Positions 53,099 to 64,000 of a stretch of 64,000 nt of DNA are shown in pieces (position 1 is the stretch's first letter; the number at the start of each line of letters is the position of its first letter). The notes under the pieces were generated by a model. It searched no databases and was not told the origin of the DNA. It was given only the letters and a program-made list of their open reading frames with translations. Source of the DNA: Octopus vulgaris (taxonomy: Eukaryota); the NCBI GenBank assembly GCA_951406725.2, contig OX597816.1, positions 98,332,001-98,396,000 of the forward strand, read 5' to 3'. The translations under genes were made by a program, and so were the position numbers.

Positions 53099-56000
53099 AC
53101 ACATACAAACATTTATTTAAAAAATAGGAAATGGATGCGTTAGGTGCTCGGTGAAATCCACATTTAATAATTTGATAGCTGTTCGTAATAGTTATCACTT
53201 TAAAATCACTACGCAGCATGAGTCCGTAGGTCATGCCGCTCAATGTCTGAAAACAATTCATCTTATCAAACTTCAGATCCCGGATGGAGTTTTCTACTGA
53301 GCAGGCATGTTCACGCAGGAATACCCAGCGTGCTGGCCTGCACTATGTTAATGGTACGGGTATGTTTTCATAGCATAACGGATAACAAGAAAATTCACCG
53401 AAGATAAATAGCAAAATAAAAATACAAAAGGCTCATTAAGGGTTTGTTAAGTAGGATAGCTAGGATATAAAACATATTTGTTGTGAATGTCAAATAGAAA
53501 AAAAGTGGTCTACTATTTGGTTCTTTATATGAAAGACGGTTTCCGTATTGTCCCAGAGGTTTATATGCGCATTTTCTTAATGCAACGCAAATGAAGTTTA
53601 TATAATCTAGCAATAGGATATAACTATGAACAGCATCATACTAAAGTTGCAATATTCTTTTTTATTCGATTAAATAAAAGTTCTTTGCTATAAAACGCAG
53701 TTTTATATCCAAAAATTTTACTATATAAAATAATCATACCTAATATTTTGATAATAATCAAAGCCTCATTGTCTATGCGTATATATATTAGTGTGTGTAT
53801 GCATATATATATATATACATAAACATATACATATATATATATGTGTGTCTGTGTGTGTGTGTGTGTGTGTGTGCGTGTAAGTGTTTGTATGTGTGTGTGT
53901 ATGTGTGTCTACACTTGCATTTCATTGGAAAAGAAATCAAAATTTCTGAGAAAGTGTTATACTGTGTATTAAAATAGGTTAAAAGAGTACATGGAGTTGC
54001 AGTGAGAAATGGATTATCCGAGTTCCAGTCAATTTCTCTCTTCAGCGAAAATTTGAAAGGAGATATAACAGAGTATTGCATTTTCTATGCTAAAGAAAAA
54101 CTGATTTCAATACATAATGAATGCAGGACCATGTGAGCTTCATACGTGGGCAACAAGTGGTAGGAGAAACAGTGTATGAAGGAAGAAAGAAAGAGTAGTG
54201 AAATGAGGAAGAGTCTCACCTAAATAAACAAATGAATTATCTCAACCCTTTTGCATATATGAACTTCTACGTCTTAAACTAAGAATTAAACGAAATTTGG
54301 CTGCTATATCTAACAATCCACGCACCTGTTCAGATGTGTTTCATTCTTTGCTCAACCTGAATTTTCCATATAATTTTACCTTCTCAAACCCTTGATTATG
54401 CATTTTTCAACCGCATTGAGCAAGATAATATGGTGTAATTTAAGAAAAGTTTACCTCTGAAAATTGTTTGACAATGAAAGATTTATCTCGCTGTCTCAAT
54501 CTGACTGATCATATGTTTCTTTTGCTTTGAACCTTCATTCTTATTCTCCTCCCTTCTACTACCATCATTCTCTTTCGCTTTATCTTACTCCAATTTTGTA
54601 TTTTCAGAAATATTTTCTAAAGTAATAGCATCATCAGTTCAGTATTTCGACGAAGCATTGGCACTCAGATACTCTGTGAACTTTTACTTGATTAGGTCTG
54701 GACGGTGACAAAAGGGAATGCTATTTTTGTGGAACATATGCATACAGTCATCGCAATATGATTTACAGTCCCGGAAAGCAATGTTTCCGCGTGGTTTTTT
54801 TTGTGAATTATCAAACCACATCAAAAATAATGTTCAGTTTTATATTATTAACCGATCTCGAAATATGTATGAAAATTTTGTGTGCTGAAATGATAATAAC
54901 GATACATTCAATAATAAAGACAGATCTTATATCGGCGTTGAAATTGATCCTATAATGCCTGTTGCTTAATAATATATACTAGTATTTAATTGAATTTACT
55001 CATACATTGAAAAGAAATCGGCTTCTAGACTCGGATCAACGTGACACTAACTGTCCTTCCACATTGCTCGAAAGCTCGTGTAACTTTATTCTTAGATAGG
55101 GGGAAAAAAATCTATATCTTCTGAAAATATGAACATTAAGCAGAACCAGTCAGAATAGAATATGGATAATTCTATAGAAATATTAACCATAATTCGTTTA
55201 AAAACTGTATAAAAGAAAGAGATGTAGCTATTCTTCAGGTAATTATAGGTATTATATGGCGTCAAGTAGCGGGGAATATGTCGATATGAGAGAATAAAGT
55301 CCAAATACATTCAGTTATATAATATAATGGCGATACCAAATTCAAACTATGAAGATAAATTAATTACTGTTGCTAAAAGCCTTTAGGAGAATTGTTGAAA
55401 AAAGAAACTGCTGAGCAACTTAATTTTCAGTTGAAAGTCAGCCAGAACAATTCAAAACATATTGGACAGACATCAAGTCTGCTAACCTAATTTCTGCTTC
55501 CTGCGTGCTATATCTTTGAAAGTTATAATATTGGAGAGATAACTATGTGTTGTTTTCATTTCTTATTTGAAAAATATACAGGGTTCTCTAAAAAAAGATC
55601 CTTAAATAGAGTGGAACCTACATTATGTAAAATATGTTTCGCTTATAATACTAAAATGATCTCAGTATGAATATTTGAAAACGTATCTTGAATTGAATTT
55701 ATTCATTTAATTATTTATACGTTTATTTTTCAAATATATTCTTTTCAAATTATAAAATGCTTTTGGCGGCAATTATACGTAATTTATATTGCAGGTGAAC
55801 ATAAAAGACATAAATATAGTCACAGTTTGTGTTTTGCTGTGTGCTTTATTGAAGTGAAGAATGTATTGATTCGTTCCCCATTGTAATCGCTTTCAAAATA
55901 GTTTCATTTGTATATAGTTTAAACATTCTTCCTTATGTATGAAATAAATACAGATTAATAACTTTTTCCTCATTTCCTAGTTTGCTGCTAATTCAATGTT

Positions 56001-59000
56001 GGTCTAAGGAAAGGAAATTACTATGCTTATAAAAAAAAAATCATTGCAATTTTTGCATTCTAAGAAGACGCATTCATTCATTTTCTTTGATGTTCTTAAT
56101 TTTGTCATCAATCTTCAAGTCGACAGCTAAACATCTGAAGTCGTTTGCACTATTCAAATGCGGACCTAATACATGTGTTGTTTTTCACCGACACGTATTC
56201 ATTTGATCTGCTAATTTATCATTTCTATGATTTATGGAGTCTTTTGAAATATCAAAACGTACACAAAAAATACCTGATATGTTTTAACAGTGGCATGTAT
56301 TAAATTTGAAAATAAATTAGGGAGTTAAAATGAATGCGTACAGTCTTGACTTCGAATTAATTTCATTTATAAGATGCTGTCATATGTATTGAATTGATTT
56401 GGTAGAGTATAACTTATAACGGTAGTGATATTAAAATATTCTCTTTAAATTCTGGTCGATGACAGGAAATTGACTTTTTTTTTATTTCATCTTTGAAAAC
56501 AGAAAAAAGTAAATAGCTAAATATGGTATAAAATTAAACTACTTTCAAAAGAGCATAGTTGAAAAAAAGGGGAAAATTAATTGCTAAGAATCGTCTTTAG
56601 GACAGAAATTACATTCCTTTTTACTTAATTTATTACTCAAACATTTCCTATAGCTACTGCATTTTACAATTGTTGATGAAACTTATCATTATTTCATATC
56701 CGTAAAATAATTAAAATAAATATTTGCATTTCTTCATAAATTGCATTGAAACAACAACAATTACATAAACTGATAGTGAACCTCTTCACGATTATAGATG
56801 CCAGTTAAAATAGTATGAAGGAATAAAAAGAAGGAACAATTCATAGATAACTCCAACAGAGTAATGCATTCTTTAACTGATTACATATGATAAGAAAACA
56901 AACAAACAAACTGGTGTGTGTATTCGTCATTAATGATTGAAAGAGGAAGGAAATGTCTGGATGAATAAATAGATATCATTGTATATAAATATTTTATGCT
57001 TTTAAAAAAGTATTCCACGAAACAATTCAGAGGAAGAAAAACATCATTAATAAATTATTGTTGTTATTTATATGAAATGTATGCTTAATGCTTATATGTA
57101 ATATATGCATAATACTTATATTATTGTTGTTCGAACCGCTAGGAATACAAAACAAACTCACTCAAATCAAATTTACAGACTTAAAGATATAAAGAAACAT
57201 TGCTGATTGCATCTATAGAAATGCAAAGTGAACGGATAGTCAAGGATGATGAGAGACTGCAAAGCTGGTGAAACAAATAATATCATATAGCTTAAGTATT
57301 AGAAATATTATATCTTTATGTATTCAATGCCTGGAACACACGCATTCACACACACAAACGCGCATATATATGCGTATATCTATCTACTTATCAATCTGTC
57401 TTTCAATCAGTATACATACATATATATAATGTACATACATATATATACATATACATACACATATATACATATACATACACAAACAGGTTTTCCAGAAACA
57501 AAAGCATACATATGTTGAATGCCTGTCAAATCATTGGTTTAAAGCAAATTTCATTTTCAACATACATAAAATATAGATTTATGCTATTACTGTTTTTTAA
57601 CTGTTGACCATTGTGATCCAAGCAATACTGTTAATGAACTCCAAAACTACAAGAAACATTTCTTTTGGTACTTGAGTGCAGACACGTTTGATGACTACCT
57701 TTAATTCGTCGAACGCAGTAAGAGCAGAAAAAATTACATCAAAATCTCATCACAGAAGATATACGTCCAAAATAATATTCTATTAATAGATAGATATATA
57801 AATATATAAAATACAATTATTTGAAAAGTTTAAAATAACTTACTATCATTTCATTAATAAAATCTAAAATTGATAATCATTATTATGTAATGCATACACT
57901 CGTCAAAGAAAAAGGGTGAATTTCCGTGTATGCTATTGAAAAATATATGCAAAAGATGTTGTTTAAAAAGTTACTGGCATAGATGTGCGTTGGTACAAAC
58001 TTGGGCTAAAAATTTTGAAGAAATAATATACATCCTTAATTCGTAATGGCTGCATGTAAATATAAATCTTTAAATAATCATACTTTTCATATTTATATAT
58101 CAGTCTATTAATAAAATATTTTTGACGTATATATTCTGTGATGATTTCTTGATGTAATTTTTCCTGCTCTTACTTTACAATATATAATAGTTCTTATTAA
58201 ATGTCTAAATACCTTTAAGGTTTTAGACATTTCCCTACCAAGGGCACTTATTCGAAATTCAGTATACTGTATTCTCATTGAATATATCTGATTAAATATA
58301 TATATATGCAATGCGATTTTATTGAGATGCGCATCTGGCACTTGAAGACTTGACCTTTATTTCTATCATTCAGTAATCCAGTATGATGGGGTCTAAATAA
58401 TATACCGATGTTTTGTGCTTTCATTATTTCTCTTTTTGATTGTTTGCAATTGTTGACGTTTTGGATTTTAGATTTACTTAAAAGAGGCACGTATACAGTA
58501 ATGCGTCATTATATCAATTGCACACCTGTCGATCTGTGCTGTCAATATCCTCATTTTAAAATTCGGTTGTTTGTTGTTGCAAGGTGTTCCATCGGTTCAC
58601 TACTCACATCGAAACTGAGTTATATTATTTCTTAAAAACTATACGCGTTCGCTTTCATATGCATCGATCCTGTGGCCTGGGCTTTCCTCATCAGTGAATG
58701 ACCCTATATCTTAAAGCCTAAATATGTAAAAGATCTGTGTATTTCTCTAATGTTATGAGATTCAGCTATCACTTTGCAATTCTCAAAATGAATCATAGGA
58801 TTACAAAATTTTCTTCGAGTATCTCTGCTTCTTTGGATATACAGTAAATATGGCAGCAATTCTTGGAATGTCATGTTTTTTGGGGGGTTTTTTGTAAGTA
58901 AATTCCATCATGAAATTTCCCATGATATTCCAACCGCAGTTATTTATTCTTCTTACTACTTTACACTACAATCTTTCCTTTGATGTCGTAGGTAACCGGT

Positions 59001-59820
59001 GCACCGTTCACTCTCTAGTTTCACTCTTCATATATCTTGACATTTAATTTGAAACCGTTGGTAAAGGTTAAGGTGGTGCTGAATACTGTCGGCGTGTTAT
59101 TAGTTTATCCTGAAATGTTTTCCCATTTCCTCTCTTTGTTATTCTCTCATCTGTAACAATTTAGTCTCATTCATTTTTTGTCATCTTCTAATTTCAAAAA
59201 AACGGCCCGTATAATTTATTGTGCAAAAACTTACTTTCTCTTCTGACGGAAATGATATGAGATACGCTTACACAATCTGTCAAACAAAACAAGCTTACCA
59301 TTCAACCAGAAAATATTTTATAGTTTCTTTTTACTTCAGAAAGCACTTTTACGTTGTTTTTTTTTGTTCTGAAAATTTGCTTAAATGGGCATAAGAATAA
59401 AATTTGTCATGCCCAATTTTACAGAAATGTTAAGCGATAATACAAGGTAAGAACAATAATCGTTGTGCAAAAATTCTGGGGAAGAAATAAGCGTCAAAGG
59501 CTAGAATACCTTTCTTTTATTAGGGGTTGACACTTCGTTATCTGATGAAAATTCAAACTTATCTCACTGTGCAAAAAGCCTAAGTGTATTCCTAGAAATT
59601 AGAAACAAATAAATGCTTCTAATACAGACAATAAAATATTAAATTGGTAGACAGATGCATTATAAATTAGACTAAAGAGTCATCTGTCTTTTCTGTATGC
59701 TAGATTTGAACAATTATTGAAGGAGGAGGAGGAGGAGAAGAAGGAGAGGAGGAAGAAGAAGAAGAATAACATCGAAAAATACCTTAGGAATGAGAACCCA
59801 GGTTCGAAATTTCCCCAAGA

Positions 59821-59862
59821 CACCTGAAGAAGGCTGGAGGGTTTAACAGCCGAAACGTTGGG
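59821..59862 (+). ncRNA. Type I hammerhead ribozyme motif with minimal stem III
   Basis: cac-CTGAAGA-aggctg-gagggtttaa-cagcc-GAAA-cg-TT-ggg; stem II GGCTG/CAGCC perfect, stem I has a mismatch. Confidence 0.6.
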
Positions 59863-61599
59863 GGACATCTGTCGAATGTAAATAATGTAAATAATGTACA
59901 TAGTTCCTCATCTCTTATATATAGAACTGAATTATTGAGATATATTACTGTCATTTTACAAATTTGGAAAATTTGACATCCCTTAACTGTAAGCGATTGA
60001 ATTTCAGGACTCGTAAGTTAAGATTTACTTGTCCGGTGGTCGTCACGAAATATTTTTGCCAATATCTGGAAGCAGCGACTCTTGATTTTCGGTGATTGAA
60101 AGACATTCTGCCTTTGTAGGTGAGAGAAAAATTCCTAATAGTGTGTCTTCTAATAACCAAATATATGATCAGCAATTGATCGTTCAACGTGTGTGTCTGC
60201 ATTGGTGAATGAATTTGTTCATATTAACACATCTCAATTTCACATCCATTTTCTAGTAAACTCTTCCCTAAATCTCTGCGACAGTGACTTAAAACAAAAA
60301 TAAATAAAAAAAGAAGGGACAGCTGATATAATTGTTCGAAATTACTCTACAGAGTATTATTTTAATAATTGTATTAATTTTAATAATTGTAGATATGGTA
60401 CCACTAATCATATATATATATTCTTGCGTTGTACCAGCAGCACGTAAGATGACCCAGATGTCGAATGGTTTGTTTTTAATTCTTGTAACTAATGGGAGAT
60501 TGGTTAACACATTTAACGCAAATAAGGGTATCATTAACATTGAATGAATGAAATTAAGTATTGGTTTCTGATGCATTTGGTATAATCCCAGACCACGTTC
60601 TGATACTCGTTCTTATCATACATAAAATTTGATTGAATATGCTGTGGAATTTTCTGACATACAAACATATACAAACATATACAAACATACACAACATATA
60701 TGTGCGTGTGTGTGCGCACGTTCTGTGTTTTTCTTTCGCAAAATAAATGAGTCTTTAGCTTGAAATCCCTTAAAGGTGAAGCATTTTCAAGTTTTGCCTA
60801 TACTGAACCATCTTTTAATCTTATATTATAAATGACAAGCCGGTCTCCATGTCTCTCTGTCCGTCACATGAAGCAAAAGAAGGGGAAGAATAAAAAATAT
60901 ACGTCACAATGTATGTTTAGAAGGGAAGGGGAAAAAGTTGTTGTTCAGAGAGAAAGAGTGAGTGTATGCCTGTGTGTATGTGAAAGTTAGATAGATAGAG
61001 AGATAGAGAGAGAAATGGACAGTGAGGTAGTGAAATAATGAGTGAATTCGTAATATATATAGATATTTTTGGCTATGTGTATGTATGTGTGTGTGTGTGA
61101 GTGTGTTTCTGAGTCTTTCAACATAGACAGAACAGAATACATATTTTAAAAATGTCTTTTACTTTGAATAAAATAAGGGGAGGAGAAAAGATTTTGTTCA
61201 GTAGTAGAGTATGTGTATATATCCGTACGCGCGCGTGATAGATAAATAAATAGATATATAAATACATAGATAGATATATAGGTACTGATATCACAATGGT
61301 AACTAACAAGTTTGGATTAAAGCGTGGGAATTTTCAGTGCAAGTCAGTATGTGTATATATGACACTAATACTTTCGTTTTTCTTTCTTTGTGTGTGTGTG
61401 CGTGTGCGTACGCGCTTCGCTTTGTTTCTGTATGTGTTTCAATATATGGACAAAGCAACACAAACTTTAAAAAATGAATATATATATATAACGTATCATC
61501 ATATTTTCTTAACTGATATTCTGTTATCAAAGTTCATGAGGAAGGTCAATGTAAACATTATTTCTGCAATTTGCGAAGGTACGTACATGATTTGGAAAA

Positions 61600-61897
61600 T
61601 ACTGTTATCTGACGGCGTAGTCTACTACCCTACTAAACACCCTAACCATAGACTGCCAGTACTAGACACAGAACTCTGGATGGAAACTGAGAATAATAAA
61701 ACCTGAATCCTTCATTCATGCTATGTCAAACCTATGGCCTCCAAATACTTGATCCACCGAAACTCAGCTATCGCGGTCAATGCCAAATTCAATATTTTGA
61801 TGGAGGATCTCGTCAGTATAATGCGTAATGTGTCTCGCATGTGCGACCCTGCAGAGTTAAAGTGACACATACAACATTTCGTTCACCGCATGCAGTA
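61600..61897 (+). pseudogene. Penelope-like element RT thumb fragment (different family from 6368)
   Basis: YPTKHPNHRLPVLDTELW...ILHSCYVKPMASKYLIHRNSAI...KFNIL...IMRNVS with an internal stop. Confidence 0.65.
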
Positions 61898-62013
61898 AAA
61901 AATAAATAAAGCTGAAGCAAACTAACACCAAATATATAGTGCGTGTGTTTTTATTGGCTAAACTGGCAAAATGACCATTCTTAAATACAACATATATATA
62001 TGTATATATATAA

Positions 62014-62261
62014 TAGAAGGCCAGCATTCGCCCATGCATAGAAGCCTCCCCTCTCCACATCACTGGTGTTATCCAAGGCAAAGGCAAAGGCCAATACAGC
62101 TTGACACCAGTGATGTTGCAACTCATTTCTACAGCTGAGTTAACTGGAGCAACGTGAAATAAAGTGTCTTGCTCAAGAACACAACACGCAACCCAGTCCG
62201 GGAATCGAACTCACAAGCTCGCGGTCGTAAGCTCGACGCTCTAAACATTGAACTATGCGCC
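62014..62261 (-). mobile_element. tRNA-derived SINE, 3'-truncated copy of the 42349 family
   Basis: Reverse complement aligns with 42349-42595. Confidence 0.88.
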
Positions 62262-62278
62262 TTCACACACAGACACAC

Positions 62279-62320
<42 letters not shown>

Positions 62321-62465
62321 TCATATTCAAGGAATGGATAACGATAAAATAAAACGTTATCAGCCACTAAGTATATCTAAAACCCTAGAAAAAGTTGGTG
62401 AACAACAGGAGGCTGGAAATCACAGTTATTTCGGCTGCTAGAAAAAACACCCATCTTCTTCGATA

Positions 62466-62543
<78 letters not shown>

Positions 62544-62614
62544 TCGGGGTGAGTACTTGATAATTATAAGCACCTGTGTATACCGTTTGGTGGTGTAGGT
62601 GGTGGAGTAAATTG

Positions 62615-63136
62615 ATCAAAATAAAAACATGATGCGAAGGATTCAGCGGTACATATGTTTCGGGCCTTTATTAGACAGATTTATAACAATGCATAATGTA
62701 TGTCTGTGGCCTTCTTCAGCCGCGCACAACAGCTTCCACAAGGACATGTGTTACATCAAAAATTCTTGGTTGGGGATGCAAATCCTCTCATTCGCGTACG
62801 ACATAATTCGGCAGCAGCATAGAATTGAAGCGTCCATCTCTTTCTTCTCTCTTCACACACATCCAAGGCTGTTTGACAGATTCTATTTGACAGATTCTAC
62901 ATTGAGAGAAGAAAGAGATGGACGCTTCAATTCTATGCTGCTGCCGAATTATGTCGTACGCGAATGAGAGGATTTGCATCCCCAACCAAGAATTTTTGAT
63001 GTAACACATGTCCTTGTGGAAGCTGTTGTGCGCGGCTGAAGAAGGCCACAGACATACATTATGCATTGTTATAAATCTGTCTAATAAAGGCCCGAAACAT
63101 ATGTACCGCTGAATCCTTCGCATCATGTTTTTATTT

Positions 63137-63140
<4 letters not shown>
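62615..63140. repeat. Foldback element: 237-bp inverted arms (62615-62851 / 62904-63140), 52-bp spacer, an HHR in each arm
   Basis: Arms appear to be exact reverse complements (the ORF track shows the same peptide on both strands); followed by (AT)n. Confidence 0.95.
63032..63109 (+). ncRNA. Type I hammerhead ribozyme motif (mirror copy 62646-62723 on -)
   Basis: gcgg-CTGAAGA-aggcc...ggccc-GAAA-catatg-TA-ccgc; palindromic stem III ACATATGT, GUA site. Confidence 0.8.
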
Positions 63141-63174
<34 letters not shown>

Positions 63175-63620
63175 ATTCAATTTCCTAGCATTCACTTTGT
63201 CGTTCACTTTACTGTGTCAAACACATTTATGCATGTACCTAATGGGACGATACTTGCCAGCGTTGCTGAAATAATATAAGGAGTAGGGTTTCATAAATTA
63301 TATATTTTGACAATGATTTTCTTTTAAAGGCGCAATGAAAAAATTGTATTATATGCGATACAATATGCATTACAACATTCTCTTTGTTCATTTATTCATA
63401 TATACATACATTCCTTTCTCCAATCATACATATATACATATATGTTTGCATACATGGATACATAGATATATACCATACATAATGCACACGCACAAACATA
63501 CGAATTTCTCCTGGCTGATGACTAAAGTTGTACCTATATAAATTTTACGACGGCTGTTTCGGGAGAAAATGATACTTTATTATGTGTGTGTGTGTGTGTG
63601 TGTATAGATGGACAGAAAGT

Positions 63621-63655
<35 letters not shown>

Positions 63656-63835
63656 AAAGGGCTTAGTAAAATAAATTACTTCGCCGCATACTGAACTCAT
63701 TAGAAATAGCAGCTAAAAAACTTTTTAAAGCTATTTCTAATACTTAAAGAAAATCTCTCTCATATATAGCGTTTGCTTAATTTAACTCACAAAAGTTTGG
63801 GGTAAGGACATTAAAAATCAAATGCTAAGGTTATT

Positions 63836-63887
63836 TGAGTACGTACGTTTCAAGATTAGTCAAAACAACATTTCTCTCTTCAGCTCA
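63836..63887 (-). ncRNA. Type I hammerhead ribozyme motif
   Basis: Minus strand tgag-CTGAAGA-gaga...tctt-GAAA-cgtacg-TA-ctca; same stem III palindrome as 29402. Confidence 0.82.
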
Positions 63888-64000
63888 TAAATTCTTGGTT
63901 TGGATTTGGAAACACTGAAAGTAAGAACATACCCTTTCGAAGATCCGCTCTTAACTAACAGTGCCAGCAAACCCAAATAAGCAAGTGAATCATTTCTGTT

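Noticed and set aside
53277-53355. GC-richer segment bounded by AG and GT that could be a small host exon
   Set aside because: No recognisable protein similarity and no partner exons; cannot be supported without RNA data
62629-63126. Identical-start 112-aa ORFs on both strands
   Set aside because: Consequence of the inverted repeat

Overview
AT-rich, microsatellite-laden animal genomic DNA with one 100-N gap (8378-8477). The SINE types and (TA)n density suggest an octopus/cephalopod, but that is inference only. I could not support any host gene. The window is a mosaic of mobile elements: the 3' part of an autonomous Helitron (Pif1-like helicase plus hairpin/CTAG end), a non-autonomous Helitron, a Penelope-like element (RT + GIY-YIG), a CR1/L2-type LINE with an unusual Myb-like + CCCH ORF1, mariner and Tc1 relics, RTE fragments and several tRNA-derived SINEs. 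The most striking signal is non-coding. At least ten separate loci carry type I hammerhead ribozyme (HHR) motifs, read by eye, most with palindromic stem III. The clearest case is a 360-bp tandem/inverted array (47281-49126) with one HHR per monomer, which is a retrozyme-like architecture. Other HHRs sit in a 500-bp unit and in two long foldback elements. Recurrent catalytic-core variants (CCGANGA and UUGAAAA) appear, and nearly all of these elements abut (TA)n tracts. Ribozyme activity and novelty were not tested.
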